A stretch of DNA of 64,000 bases from Candidatus Xenobia bacterium (GTDB lineage Bacteria > Vulcanimicrobiota > Xenobia > Xenobiales > QWHO01). Shown in pieces: positions 1 through 12,174 of this stretch. Each line of letters starts with the position of its first letter. Positions within the stretch are counted from its first letter, which is position 1. A model generated the notes under the pieces. That model saw only the letters and a program-made list of their open reading frames with translations, did no database searches and had not been told where the DNA came from. The position numbers and the translations under genes were made by a program. The stretch is taken from the NCBI GenBank assembly GCA_045863235.1, contig BTUM01000027.1:1-64000 (forward strand), in the 5' to 3' direction.

Positions 1-172
1 CTGCTATCCGGGCGCGGCGCACCTATTCCCTGCGCGGGGGCCCCCCGGCGCTCGGGCCACCCCCCCGGGCGCCCGGCGGCCGCTGGGGGGCGGCCCCCCG
101 CGACTGGTCTTTCTCGACCGGCTGGCGGCCGAACAGGCGCTGAAGGAAAGTAAACTTCATCAGAAAGTCCAT
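1..172 (-). CDS. minE: Probable MinE, 5' part only; runs off the window and the sequence below about 105 looks degraded
   Basis: ATG at 172 with GGAGG RBS directly after the minD stop. Reads MDFLMKFTFLQRLFGRQPVEKDQSR, resembling the amphipathic MinE N-terminus, then becomes almost pure G/C. Call rests mainly on minC-minD-minE synteny. Confidence 0.6.
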
Positions 173-184
173 TCTTTCTGCCTC

Positions 185-1003
185 CTACTGCGCCACCTGG
201 CTGCCCAGGCCGGCGGTGAAGAAGCGACGGAGCTTGCCCATCAATCCGGGATCTTCCACCAGGCTGGGGCCGGGGGTCGAGGGGTCGATCAGGCAGCGGA
301 CCACCTGGCGGTAGGCCTCACCCGCGCGCGAGTTGCGGTCGAGTACGGCCGGCTCGCCCCGGTTGGAGGCGTGAATGATGCGCTCATCCTCGGGGATCAT
401 TCCGAGCAGGTCGAGATTGAGGATCTCCTGCACGTCCTGGACCGAAAGCATCTGCCCGCGCCGCACCATGTCGGCCTTGACGCGGTTCAGAATGAGCTTG
501 ATGCTGGACATCTCGTTGGCCTCGAGCAGGCCCACGATGCGGTCGGCGTCGCGCACGGCCGAGACCTCCGGGTTGGTGACCACGATGGCCTCATCGGCCC
601 CCGCGATGGCGTTCTTGAAGCCCATCTCGATACCGGCCGGGCAGTCGACGAGCACGAAGTCGAAAGACTCCTTCATCTCCTGACACAGCTCGCGCATCTG
701 CTCGGGCTTGACGGCGTCCTTGTCCTTGGACTGGGCCGACGGCATCATGAACAGGTTGTCAAAGCGCTTGTCCTTGATGAGGGCCTGGCGATAGGAGCGG
801 CACTTGCCTTCTACCACGTCCACCAGGTCAAACACGATGCGGTTCTCAAGACCCATCACCAGGTCGAGGTTTCTCAGGCCAATGTCGGCATCCACCAGGA
901 TGACCGATTTACCGGCCAGAGCCAGCCCCGAGCCCAGGTTGGCCGTGCAGGTCGTTTTGCCGACGCCCCCTTTGCCGGAGGTGATTACGATGACTTTACC
1001 CAC
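185..1003 (-). CDS. minD: Septum site-determining ATPase MinD
   Basis: Deviant Walker A SGKGGVGKTT, DADIGLRNLD, DCPAGIE and SAVRDADR motifs; C-terminal amphipathic LMGKLRRFF. Confidence 0.97.
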   Translation of the reverse strand: MGKVIVITSGKGGVGKTTCTANLGSGLALAGKSVILVDADIGLRNLDLVMGLENRIVFDLVDVVEGKCRSYRQALIKDKRFDNLFMMPSAQSKDKDAVKPEQMRELCQEMKESFDFVLVDCPAGIEMGFKNAIAGADEAIVVTNPEVSAVRDADRIVGLLEANEMSSIKLILNRVKADMVRRGQMLSVQDVQEILNLDLLGMIPEDERIIHASNRGEPAVLDRNSRAGEAYRQVVRCLIDPSTPGPSLVEDPGLMGKLRRFFTAGLGSQVAQ

Positions 1004-1021
1004 TTTGCTCCCACCTTCTTC

Positions 1022-1798
1022 CTACATGGCTTCCGTGAACAGTTTTCCCTGGCGCACCCAGGCTTTCATGGGGCCGGTGCGCGCCTTCTTGGCGCTCGTC
1101 TCGGGCACCCAGAGCTCTTCGCCCACGCGCAGTTGGGTGGGCTGCATGACCAGCGCCATGACGCTGGCATCGCTCTTGCCCGAGCAACCGGCGTGGGCCA
1201 GCCCCCGCAAGGTGCCCAGCACCACCACGTCGCCTTCGGCCTCAATCTCAGCTCCCGGGTTGACATCTCCCATCACCACCACGTTGCCGGCGAAGATCAC
1301 CTTCTGACCCGAGCGCAGAGTCTTGCGCAACAGCAGGGTGGGCTCTTCGTCGCGCGGGGCCGGCGCGGGAGGTGTCTCGGGCTCAGCGAGGGCGACAGCG
1401 GGCTCGGGCTCGGGGGCGGCGGTCTCCTCCACCTGAGCTGGCCGGGCCTGGCGTCGGATGGCCCGACCCTGATGCTCAGCCAGGCCTAACCGGCCGATAA
1501 TGGCTTTGTAGCCGTGCGATTCGGCCAGAGTCCGAGTGGCCAGGGAGGTGCTCAGCACACCTTGCATCTTCACTCCGGTGGCTGCCAGCGTGGCTTCCAG
1601 CGAGGCGAATTGCTCGGAGCTGGTCTCTCGCCAACCCAGGTCGACCGATACCGAGGCCCCACCCAGAAAGGCTTGTTCCTGAGCCAGGCGTTCACTCAGG
1701 GAATGCATCGCCTGGGCGAAGTCGGCGTCCTCGCGGATGCTGATCAATAGCCCGAAGCGGGTGCCTTTGATGACGATCGGGTCAAGCGCCCCCTGCAT
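1022..1798 (-). CDS. minC: Septum site-determining protein MinC
   Basis: C-terminal beta-helix motifs TLRSGQKV, GDVNPGAEIEAEGDVVVLGTLRGLAHAG; adjacent to minD. Confidence 0.95.
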   Translation of the reverse strand: MQGALDPIVIKGTRFGLLISIREDADFAQAMHSLSERLAQEQAFLGGASVSVDLGWRETSSEQFASLEATLAATGVKMQGVLSTSLATRTLAESHGYKAIIGRLGLAEHQGRAIRRQARPAQVEETAAPEPEPAVALAEPETPPAPAPRDEEPTLLLRKTLRSGQKVIFAGNVVVMGDVNPGAEIEAEGDVVVLGTLRGLAHAGCSGKSDASVMALVMQPTQLRVGEELWVPETSAKKARTGPMKAWVRQGKLFTEAM

Positions 1799-2007
1799 GG
1801 AAACTCTCCTCGTGGGTGACGTACGGCCAGCGCGGCCGGTTTCGGCATGGTTTCCGTGGCTTGAGGAATATTCCTCCTACACCCTGCGAATTTTCTTCAA
1901 AAGGACATAGAACCCCCCTCCCGAAGCCGTCCGTCACCGGTCTGGCGGACGCAGGGCCGGTTACCTCAACTGATGTGCTGACCAGACGCAGCGAGAAGGA
2001 GACAACC

Positions 2008-2295
2008 ATGACGAGCGAGCTCGAGAAGGACATGCTGGAAGCCGGAGAGCACCTGGGCAAACTGATGGCCGAGGCCGACGAGCACCACAAGCAGGTGCTT
2101 TCGGTGGCGCACGAGCAACTCGACGCCTTCATCAAGGAAAAGCACGCCGAGGGTAAGCTGCTCGACTCGGCAGCCCTCTTCGCCATCGTGATCGTCTCCC
2201 ACCCCGACATCAAGGACGAGAACCTGATCAAGGCGGCCAAGAGCTACATCGACAAAGACTACCTGTTCTGCCAGACTCTGCGCGAGAAGAAGTAA
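2008..2295 (+). CDS. Hypothetical 95-aa helical protein
   Basis: AAGGAG RBS before ATG 2008, host-like codon usage, 5 bp upstream of the glycosyltransferase. Confidence 0.75.
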   Translation: MTSELEKDMLEAGEHLGKLMAEADEHHKQVLSVAHEQLDAFIKEKHAEGKLLDSAALFAIVIVSHPDIKDENLIKAAKSYIDKDYLFCQTLREKK

Positions 2296-2300
2296 CGCCC

Positions 2301-3266
2301 ATGGCCCTGCCGGAGCTCTCGTTGGTCGTCCCGGTCTACAACGAGGAGGACAACATCCAGCCGCTCTTCTCCAAGATCGCCAGCGCGATGGAGGGGTTGG
2401 GGCGAAGCTGGGAGGTGGTCTTCGTCGATGATGGCAGCCGCGATCAGAGCCTGGCCAGGCTCGAAGCCCTGGCAGGAGACGACCGGCGCGTCGTGGTGGT
2501 GGGTCTGCGCCGCAACTACGGTCAGACCGCCGCCATGATGGCCGGGTTCGACCACGCCCGGGCCAGCGTGATCATCACCCTGGACGCTGACCTGCAAAAC
2601 GACCCGGCCGACATCGGCAAGCTGCTCGACAAACTCAACGAGGGCTACGACGTGGTCAGCGGCTGGCGCAAGAACCGGCAAGACGCGTTCGCCTCTCGCA
2701 CCCTGCCCTCCAAAATCGCCAACAGCCTCATCTCCTGGGCCACCGGGGTCTATCTGCACGACTACGGCTGCACCCTGAAGGCCTACCGGCGCGAGCTGAC
2801 CCAACACCTGCGCCTGTATGGCGAAATGCACCGCTTCCTGCCCGCCCTGCTGGCCCAGCAGGGGGCCCGGGTGACCGAGGTGCCTGTCAACCATCATCCC
2901 CGCCTGCACGGCACCTCGAAGTACGGGCTGGGTCGCACGCTCAAGGTGCTGCTCGACCTGATGACGGTCAAGTTCCTGGGCAGCTACTCCACCAAACCCA
3001 TTTACGTCTTCGGCGGGGCCGGGTTCATCAGCTCGTTTCTGGGCCTGAGCGCGGCCAGCTACATGATCTACCTCAAGCTGGTCCGCGGGGTCAGCATGAT
3101 TCTCACCCCTCTACCGATGCTCTCAGCCATGCTGATCATTCTGGGGGTCCAGTTCCTGGGTATGGGCCTCCTGGCCGAGCTGATCACGCGTACCTATCAC
3201 GAGTCGCAACAAAAGCGCATTTACAACGTGCGCCGGGTCGTCTCCCAGGAGGTCGCCACGGGTTGA
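2301..3266 (+). CDS. GT2 polyprenol-phosphate glycosyltransferase (ArnC/GtrB-like)
   Basis: [32 protein letters not shown] and LYGEMHRF motifs; two C-terminal TM helices. Confidence 0.93.
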   Translation: MALPELSLVVPVYNEEDNIQPLFSKIASAMEGLGRSWEVVFVDDGSRDQSLARLEALAGDDRRVVVVGLRRNYGQTAAMMAGFDHARASVIITLDADLQNDPADIGKLLDKLNEGYDVVSGWRKNRQDAFASRTLPSKIANSLISWATGVYLHDYGCTLKAYRRELTQHLRLYGEMHRFLPALLAQQGARVTEVPVNHHPRLHGTSKYGLGRTLKVLLDLMTVKFLGSYSTKPIYVFGGAGFISSFLGLSAASYMIYLKLVRGVSMILTPLPMLSAMLIILGVQFLGMGLLAELITRTYHESQQKRIYNVRRVVSQEVATG

Positions 3267-4222
3267 AGCGCAGCCTGCTCGAGCTCCTGGTCTGCCCAAC
3301 GTGTCACGGCCAACTTCACAGCGAGCCAGCGGCCGAGGAGGTGCTGGAGGGCTATCTCCACTGCCCGGCCTGCCGCCACTCCTATCCGGTGCGCGACGGC
3401 ATTCCCCGCTTTGTCGAGAATCGCTCCAGCGGCTTTGAATACCAGTGGAAGTTCTATCGCGAGCTGAACACAACGCTCTACGAGCGCCAGTTTTTCGACT
3501 GGCTGGCCCCGGTCGAGCCCGAGTTCTTCCGGGATAAACTCGTGCTGGAGGCAGGCTGCGGCAAAGGCCGCCACACGGTGGTTGCGGGCAAGCACGGGGC
3601 GCGACTGGTGGTGGCCCTGGACGTCACCGAGGCGGTGGACGTGGCCCGGGCCAACGCCGGCGAGGCGTCCAACCTGGCCTTCGTGCAGGCCGATCTGATG
3701 CACCCTCCCTTCCGCCCCGGCACTTTCGACTACGCCTTCTCCATCGGAGTGCTGCACCATCTGCCCGACCCCCGGGCCGCCTTCGACTCTCTGGCCCGTC
3801 AGGTCAAGCCCGGCGGACACGTGTCGGCCTGGGTCTACGGGCGCGAGAACAACGGCTGGATCCTGTATTTCCTCGACCCCCTGCGGATCAACATTTTCCG
3901 CCGCGTTCCTGCCCCGATGTTGCACGGGTTGGCCTGGCTCGGTGCCGTCAGCGTCAAGCTGATCGCGCGCGGGCTCTACGCGCCGCTGCTCAAGCTCTGG
4001 CCCCGCGCTCCGCTCTTTTATCGCGACTACCTGATGTACGTGGGAGGTTTTCCGCTCATCGAGCTGGAGACCATCGTCTTCGACCACCTGCACCCGACCT
4101 ACTCCCACTACCTGCGTAAGGAGGAGTTCTCGGCCTGGTTTCAGGGCTTCCAGGAGGTCGTGATCGGCTGGCACAACCGCAACTCATGGCGCGGGTTCGC
4201 CCGCAAGCCACCGGCTCAGTAA
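3263..4222 (+). CDS. Trm112-like zinc domain fused to a class I SAM methyltransferase
   Basis: N-terminal LVCPTC...[24 protein letters not shown] motif I; FSIGVLHH. Confidence 0.88.
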   Translation: MKRSLLELLVCPTCHGQLHSEPAAEEVLEGYLHCPACRHSYPVRDGIPRFVENRSSGFEYQWKFYRELNTTLYERQFFDWLAPVEPEFFRDKLVLEAGCGKGRHTVVAGKHGARLVVALDVTEAVDVARANAGEASNLAFVQADLMHPPFRPGTFDYAFSIGVLHHLPDPRAAFDSLARQVKPGGHVSAWVYGRENNGWILYFLDPLRINIFRRVPAPMLHGLAWLGAVSVKLIARGLYAPLLKLWPRAPLFYRDYLMYVGGFPLIELETIVFDHLHPTYSHYLRKEEFSAWFQGFQEVVIGWHNRNSWRGFARKPPAQ

Positions 4223-4977
4223 TCCACCTTGACCAGGTAAAGCCCCGCGGCCGGGGCCAGCGGCATGTGAGTCGATTGGCGCGCCTGCAGGGCCCGACGC
4301 ACCTGATCGGGCTCCCATTCGCCACTGCCCACCCTGACCAGGGCACCCACCATGAATCGCACCATGCGGCGCATGAACGAGTCGGCCCGAGCCTCCACCC
4401 AGACAAAAGGCCCCAGCCGATCCAGAGGAGGTGGGCCGGGGGCTGTCTCGGACTGCCCCAGCTCGAGCTGCAACAAAGTTCGCTCGCGTCGCTGGCCTTC
4501 TGGCCTCGAGGTGAAGGCTGAGAAGTCGTGCTTGCCCAGCAGGTGCTCGGCAGCCGCTCGCATGGCCTCGAGATCGAGCCTTCCTGGCACCACCCAGGCC
4601 AGGCCGGACAGGATCGGGTCGGGAGGACCATTCACGATCAAGTAGCGATAGGTGCGCGAGCGAGCCGAGAAGCGAGGGTGGAAGTCGGGGGCCACGATCT
4701 CGGCCGAGACCACCCGGATGTCGGGCGGCAGCATGATGTTGCCCGCCTGCACCACCTGCTCGCCGGTGCGCGGGTTGGTCGAGTCGAATGCGACCACCTG
4801 GCCGGTGGCGTGGACCCCGGTGTCGGTGCGCCCCGCACCCAGCACCCGCACCTTATGACCACAGAGCCGTTCGTAGACCCTCTCCAGCTCTCCCTGCACG
4901 GTGCGCTTGCGAGACAGCTTCTGAAAACCGGCAAAGCCAGCCCCGTTGTACTCGACCACCAGACGATAGCGGGTCAC
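4216..4977 (-). CDS. truA: tRNA pseudouridine(38-40) synthase TruA
   Basis: [34 protein letters not shown] and FMRRMVR motifs. Confidence 0.96.
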   Translation of the reverse strand: MTRYRLVVEYNGAGFAGFQKLSRKRTVQGELERVYERLCGHKVRVLGAGRTDTGVHATGQVVAFDSTNPRTGEQVVQAGNIMLPPDIRVVSAEIVAPDFHPRFSARSRTYRYLIVNGPPDPILSGLAWVVPGRLDLEAMRAAAEHLLGKHDFSAFTSRPEGQRRERTLLQLELGQSETAPGPPPLDRLGPFVWVEARADSFMRRMVRFMVGALVRVGSGEWEPDQVRRALQARQSTHMPLAPAAGLYLVKVDY

Positions 4978-5777
4978 CAGAAACGTTCGCCGGCCACCAG
5001 GCCGGCCAGCAGGGCAAGCGAGAGCAGGAAGGCCAGACCATCGGCCGGCCGCAGGCGGAGCTCGCGCCAGCGGCTGCGACCCTTGCCACCGGTATAGCCG
5101 CGAGCCTCCATGGCCACCGCCAGCTGGTCGGCGTGTTGGAAGGCGCGCGTGAAGAGGGGCACCAACAGGGCCACCAGCGCGCCCGTCCGGGCCAGCAGGC
5201 CGCCCCGATCGAAAGCTGCCCCGCGGGCCATCTGGGCCCGCCCGATGCGCTCAGCCTCCAGGGCCAGAGTGGGCACGAATCGCAGAGCGATCGTAAAGAC
5301 CAGGGCAACCTCGTGAGGTCGCCCCCCGACCCAGCCCAGCGGGGCCAGCATGCTCTCGATACCATCGCACAGCCTCAAGGGTGAAGTCGTGAGAGTCAGC
5401 AGGGTGGTGCAGAGAACCAGACCGATCAACCGGATGGCCAGCAGACCGCCCCGCTCGAGGCCGTTGAGGCTGATGGGAAAGGCCTCCAGCCGGGGGCCGG
5501 GGCCGAAGAAGGCGTTGAAGACCAGGGTCAGTAAGAGCAGCGGCCAGACAGGGCGGAGCCCACGCAACAGGTAACCAGGGCTCAGCCCGGCCGAGCGGCC
5601 CAGGAGCAGCGCCAGTGCGATCAGCAGGGCCAGGCTGAGGGCCTGCTCGAGCCAGAAGACGGCCCCCATCACGCCGGCCAGAATGGCCAGCTTGACGCGC
5701 GGATCGAGGCGGTGCAGCCAGGACTCGCCGCTGACGTATTGGCCCAGGGTCAGGTTGCGCAGGAACTCGATGGCCAC
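4974..5777 (-). CDS. ecfT: ECF transporter transmembrane T component
   Basis: LHRLDPRVK, IALRFVP, AQMARG and AMEARG motifs; ecfT-truA synteny. Confidence 0.93.
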   Translation of the reverse strand: MAIEFLRNLTLGQYVSGESWLHRLDPRVKLAILAGVMGAVFWLEQALSLALLIALALLLGRSAGLSPGYLLRGLRPVWPLLLLTLVFNAFFGPGPRLEAFPISLNGLERGGLLAIRLIGLVLCTTLLTLTTSPLRLCDGIESMLAPLGWVGGRPHEVALVFTIALRFVPTLALEAERIGRAQMARGAAFDRGGLLARTGALVALLVPLFTRAFQHADQLAVAMEARGYTGGKGRSRWRELRLRPADGLAFLLSLALLAGLVAGERFW

Positions 5778-5804
5778 GGCCCTCCGCGCGTCAGTATAGC
5801 ACAG

Positions 5805-6632
5805 TCAGTGCTGGGCGTGGCTGGAGACCTCGCTCAGGCGCTTGGACTTGGTGTATGCCGAGAATACCGCCTTGGAGAGGATGGTGCGCAGCCCCCCCTT
5901 CTCCATCTGGTAGAGGGCGTCGGCGGTGGTGCCGCCGGGGGAGGTGACCTGGTTGCGCAGCTCGGCGAGGTGGGTGGAGTTGGCCTGGATGGCAAACTCC
6001 ACCGAGCCTTTGACGGTCTGCAACACCAGCTCCTGAGCGATGCGCCGGGGAAAGCCCATATGCACGCCCGCGTCCACCAGCGCCTCCATGAACAAGAAGA
6101 CATAAGCCGGACCGGTGCCCGACAGGGCGGTGGCCTTGTCGAGATCGCTCTCGTGGTCGACGTAGATCTCCTTGCCCAGGGCCTGCAGCAAAGACCGCGC
6201 CCGGGCTGAGTCGGCCGGGGAGACCTCGGGCGTGGACGTCCAGACGCTCATCCCCTCCCCGATGCGGGCCGGGGTGTTGGGCATCACCCGCACCACGGCG
6301 CCATGGGCCAGCAGTTGCTGGATGCTCTGGCTGGTGGCTCCGGCCACGATGCTCAGCACAAGCTGGTCGCTCTTGATCTTGCCCTTCATCTCGCCCAGAA
6401 CCTCGGCCAGCACCTGAGGCTTGACTGACAACACGACCGTTTCCGCTCCCTCGGCAGCGGCCAGGTTGTCGGTGGTGGTGTGCACCCCGTAGCGCTCGCG
6501 CAGGAAGTCACCCCGGGCCGGGAGCGTGTCTGAGCAGTGAATCTGCTCAGGCGAGTAGAGCTTGTGGGCCAGAATACCCAGGATCATGGCCTCGGCCATG
6601 ACTCCGCTTCCGATGAAGGCGATCTTGGACAT
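5805..6632 (-). CDS. proC: Pyrroline-5-carboxylate reductase
   Basis: FIGSGVMA, VKPQ, RVMPNTP, ALSGTGPAY and VTSPGGTT motifs. Confidence 0.96.
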   Translation of the reverse strand: MSKIAFIGSGVMAEAMILGILAHKLYSPEQIHCSDTLPARGDFLRERYGVHTTTDNLAAAEGAETVVLSVKPQVLAEVLGEMKGKIKSDQLVLSIVAGATSQSIQQLLAHGAVVRVMPNTPARIGEGMSVWTSTPEVSPADSARARSLLQALGKEIYVDHESDLDKATALSGTGPAYVFLFMEALVDAGVHMGFPRRIAQELVLQTVKGSVEFAIQANSTHLAELRNQVTSPGGTTADALYQMEKGGLRTILSKAVFSAYTKSKRLSEVSSHAQH

Positions 6633-6719
6633 AGACTCCTCGAGTTGCGCTTGGTTTCGGGGCGGGCCCTTTCACGCGCGCAGAGGGGGTTCCTCCCCGA
6701 GCCGCCGAAGCGGCCGCTC

Positions 6720-8105
6720 ATGAACGTTCTCTTTCTGGCCGCCGAGGCGGTCCCTTATGTCAAAATCGGCGGGCTGGGCGACGTGGCCGGAGCCATGCCC
6801 CAGGCCCTGCGGCGCGAGGGCGTCGACGTGCGCTTAATGGTGCCCCGCTACGGCACGGTCGACCCGGGCAAGTGGCAGCTGAGCAAAGTGCTGGACAACT
6901 TCCCGGTCTACATGGACTGGCGGCGCGAGGAGTGCCAGCTGCTGGCAACCCCGGACGGCAACACGCTCTTTATTGAGAACCAGTATTTCTTCGGCTCGCG
7001 CGACTCGATCTACGGTCACGGCGACGATGCCGAGCGCTTCGTGCTGTTCAGTCGGGCCGCCCTGGAGGCGTGCCGATACGCGGGCTGGAAGCCGGACATC
7101 GTGCACGCCCACGACTGGCACTCGGCGGCCGCCCTGCGGGTGCACTGGGCTGCTCCCGAGCGAGCCGGACTGGTGTTCACCATCCACAACATCGCCCACC
7201 AGGGAGCTTTCGTGCCCGAAAAGTGGCCCCTGGTCGGGGTGTACGACGCCAGCGGACCGCTCAACCTGATGGAGCAGGCCATCTGGGCCGCCGACGTGGT
7301 CACCACCGTCAGCCCCACCTATGCCCAGGAGATCCAGCGGCAGGAGTACGGCTTCGGGCTGGAAGGCAGGCTGCGCGAAAAGTCCCACCGACTGGCCGGC
7401 ATTCTCAACGGCATCGACGTGGAATCCTACGACCCGGCCACCGACAAAGCTCTGGCCGCCCGCTTCCGGGCCGGCGACCTGCGGGGCAAGGCGGCCTGCA
7501 AGGCCGACCTGCAGCGCCGGGTGGGACTTCCCCAGCGGCCCGACGTCCCCTTGATCGGGGTGGTCTCTCGACTCGACGGGCAGAAAGGGATCCGGCTCAT
7601 CGTGGAGGCCCTGCAAAGCATCATCCACCTCTCCGACGCCCAGCTGATGGTGCTCGGCTCGGGGCTGCACGACTACGAGCAGGCCTTCCACTGGGCCACC
7701 GTCCACCACCCCGACCGGGTGGCCAACTACATCGGCTTCAACGCCGACCTGGCGCGCCAGGTCTATGCCGGCAGCGACATCTTCCTCATGCCCTCCTGGT
7801 TCGAGCCCTGCGGCATCTCCCAGATGCTGGCCATGCGCTACGGCACTCTACCGGTAGCCCGGGCCACCGGGGGGCTGGTGGACACCATTGTGGACCGCCA
7901 TCATCCGGAGGGAGTGGGCTATCTCTTCGGCCCTTACGAAACGGGCGACATGCTGGGAGCTCTGGCGCGGGCCCTGGGCGACTATCGCCAACGTCCCTCC
8001 TGGGAGGAGGCGATGCGCCGGGCCATGAGCATCGACTTCTCCTGGATCCGCTCGGCCCGCAGCTACATTTCTCTCTACAACTGGGCACTCGAGCTGCGTG
8101 GATAG
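6720..8105 (+). CDS. glgA: Glycogen synthase
   Basis: KIGGLGDV, HAHDWH, TIHNIAHQG, EPCGISQM and ATGGLVDT motifs; start placed at MNVLFLAAE. Confidence 0.95.
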   Translation: MNVLFLAAEAVPYVKIGGLGDVAGAMPQALRREGVDVRLMVPRYGTVDPGKWQLSKVLDNFPVYMDWRREECQLLATPDGNTLFIENQYFFGSRDSIYGHGDDAERFVLFSRAALEACRYAGWKPDIVHAHDWHSAAALRVHWAAPERAGLVFTIHNIAHQGAFVPEKWPLVGVYDASGPLNLMEQAIWAADVVTTVSPTYAQEIQRQEYGFGLEGRLREKSHRLAGILNGIDVESYDPATDKALAARFRAGDLRGKAACKADLQRRVGLPQRPDVPLIGVVSRLDGQKGIRLIVEALQSIIHLSDAQLMVLGSGLHDYEQAFHWATVHHPDRVANYIGFNADLARQVYAGSDIFLMPSWFEPCGISQMLAMRYGTLPVARATGGLVDTIVDRHHPEGVGYLFGPYETGDMLGALARALGDYRQRPSWEEAMRRAMSIDFSWIRSARSYISLYNWALELRG

Positions 8106-8178
8106 CCTGAGCCCCGGGAGGAACCCCGGAGCCGGATTCGAAAATCTCTCTTACCGAGAAAAAGACAGGAGGCAAGCC

Positions 8179-8949
8179 GTGCAACCTGCCACCACGGAAC
8201 CGTATCGTCCCGAAACCGAGCCCCCGAGCTATCGACCCCTTTCCACCCAGGAGCGGCTCTGGACCACCATCTCTTTGAGCCCCGACCGGGCCGAGCTGAT
8301 CCGGGCCACCTATCGCTACCTCTGCATCAGTTGCGCCGCCGCCATGGCCGGCGGCTGGGTGGGTTACCAGCTCGAGCCCTGGGTTGATTTCATGTGCACC
8401 TGGCCGGGCTGGATCACGGCCATGATCCTCATCAACGTTCTCCCCAATCTGGCCCTGCGCTTCTCGCGCTCCGACCCGATGAAGGCCTCGCTGGCCCTGG
8501 CCGCCGACGGGTTCGTGTCGGGGATGGTGCTGGCTCCCCTGATCTTCATCGCCATGATCTTGAGCGTGGGCAGCCTGGGCCCCAACCTGGTGCAGCAGGC
8601 GCTGGTCATCACGGCGGTAATCTTCGGAGCGGTGACCTTCGCCGTCTACAAGAGCGGCCAGCACTACTCTGCCCCTCGAGCCATGATGATGGGGATGTTC
8701 TTCGCGATCGCCGGGGCCATCCTGATCAACGGGGTGTTCCTCCACAGCGGGCTGGTGGGCACGCTCATCACTGCCGGCATCGGCATCTTCGGCACCATGA
8801 CCCTGGTCTACTCGACCAGTGGCGTGCTGCACGACCCCGAGTACGACAACCCGGTCTACGGAGCGGTGACGCTGTTTGCCGGCCTGTTCATGGTCTTCCA
8901 GGCCGTGTTGCGCATCCTGATGATGTTCGCCGGCGGCCGGCGCGACTGA
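8179..8949 (+). CDS. Bax inhibitor-1/YccA family membrane protein
   Basis: AGGAGG RBS before GTG 8179; about 7 TM helices; IRATYRYL start and LRILMMFAGGRRD end typical of YccA. Confidence 0.85.
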   Translation: MQPATTEPYRPETEPPSYRPLSTQERLWTTISLSPDRAELIRATYRYLCISCAAAMAGGWVGYQLEPWVDFMCTWPGWITAMILINVLPNLALRFSRSDPMKASLALAADGFVSGMVLAPLIFIAMILSVGSLGPNLVQQALVITAVIFGAVTFAVYKSGQHYSAPRAMMMGMFFAIAGAILINGVFLHSGLVGTLITAGIGIFGTMTLVYSTSGVLHDPEYDNPVYGAVTLFAGLFMVFQAVLRILMMFAGGRRD

Positions 8950-8964
8950 CCAACCTGGAGCAAC

Positions 8965-9032
8965 GAGCCCCGCTGCGCGTTGAACGCCTGAGGAATCGGA
9001 TCAGGCGGGCATGGAGGCAGCGGGGCTCTTTT
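8965..9032 (+). terminator. Long nested stem-loop with U-tract after the YccA-like gene
   Basis: GAGCCCCGCTGC (8965-8976) pairs with GCAGCGGGGCTC (9017-9028); inner stem CGCCTGA/TCAGGCG; followed by TTTT. Confidence 0.7.
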
Positions 9033-9075
9033 CGTGCTCTGAGGGCGCGCGGGACACGTTCTCAACTGCGACGCA

Positions 9076-11067
<1,992 letters not shown>

Positions 11068-11171
11068 GGGCGGCTCTTTCCTGCCGCGCCGCGGCAATCC
11101 TGGCAAGGCAGGAAACGCCCTCCCCTTCGTTCGAAGGCCTGTTCTCCATCACCAGAGAAGGCGGGCCCGCT

Positions 11172-12167
11172 GTGGAATTTGGCATCACGTTCAAGGGAGA
11201 CATCAGCCCCGAGCGCACGATTGCGCTCTGCAAGCAGGCCGAGGCGGCCGGATTCGATTACGTCTGGTTCTTCGACTCGCACGTGCTGTGGCCCGAGTGC
11301 TATACCACGATGGCGGTCTGCATGCGCGAGACCGAAAGGCTGCGCTACGGACCTTGCGTGACCAATCCCGGCGTGCGCGACTGGACCGTGGCGGCCTCCA
11401 CCTTCGCCCAGCTCAACCGTCTCAGCGGCAACCGCTACGACCTGGGCGTGGGGCGGGGCGATAGCTCGCGGCGCGTGCTGGGAAAAAAGCCCCTCAACCT
11501 GCAAACCATGGTCGAGTTCACGCGCGCCTGCGTGGATCTGGCCGCGGGCAAGAAGATCGAGGTTGACGAGCGCGAGGTTGAGCTGGTCTGGTCCCACAGC
11601 CCGATGCCCGCCTGGTTTGCCGCTTACGGCCCCAAGGCCCTGGCCTGCGCCGGCGAGCATGCCGACGGGCTCATCTTGCAGTTAGCCGACCCCTGGCTGG
11701 TCAAGTGGTTCAGCAAACAAGCCCTGGAGGCGGGCGAAAAGGCCGGCCGCGATATGAGCAAGTTCCGCATCATGTCGGCCGCTCCGGTCTGGGTGGGCGA
11801 TCTGGAGCGGGGCCGGGCCCAGACGAAGTGGTTCCCTGCCATGGTGGGCAACCACGTAGCCGACCTGGTCGAGAAGTACGGCAAGGATGGCGGGGGTGAC
11901 GTGCCCGAGCGCCTGGTGCAGTACATCGAAGGACGCAAGGGCTACGACTACAAGCACCACGCCGACAAGAACGCCGACCACCTCGACTTCATCAGCTCCG
12001 ACATCATCGATAGCTTCAGTATTCTGGGCGATCCGGCGGCTCATATCCACAAGCTGGAAGAGCTCAAGCGAGCGGGCGTCACCCAGTTCAACATCTACCT
12101 CATGTGTGAAGAGGAAGAGCGCATCGTGGCCGAATACGGCGACCATGTCCTCCCGCACTTCCGCTGA
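11172..12167 (+). CDS. LLM-class flavin/F420-dependent oxidoreductase (TIGR03842-like)
   Basis: MEFGITF, FDSHVLW, GPCVTNP, GVGRGDS and AAYGPKAL motifs; C-terminal GVTQFNIYLM. Confidence 0.88.
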   Translation: MEFGITFKGDISPERTIALCKQAEAAGFDYVWFFDSHVLWPECYTTMAVCMRETERLRYGPCVTNPGVRDWTVAASTFAQLNRLSGNRYDLGVGRGDSSRRVLGKKPLNLQTMVEFTRACVDLAAGKKIEVDEREVELVWSHSPMPAWFAAYGPKALACAGEHADGLILQLADPWLVKWFSKQALEAGEKAGRDMSKFRIMSAAPVWVGDLERGRAQTKWFPAMVGNHVADLVEKYGKDGGGDVPERLVQYIEGRKGYDYKHHADKNADHLDFISSDIIDSFSILGDPAAHIHKLEELKRAGVTQFNIYLMCEEEERIVAEYGDHVLPHFR

Positions 12168-12174
12168 GGCTCCC

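Noticed and set aside
1..110. Extreme G/C runs suggesting a G-quadruplex or structured RNA
   Set aside because: They fall inside the expected minE frame and more likely reflect low-quality sequence at a contig end
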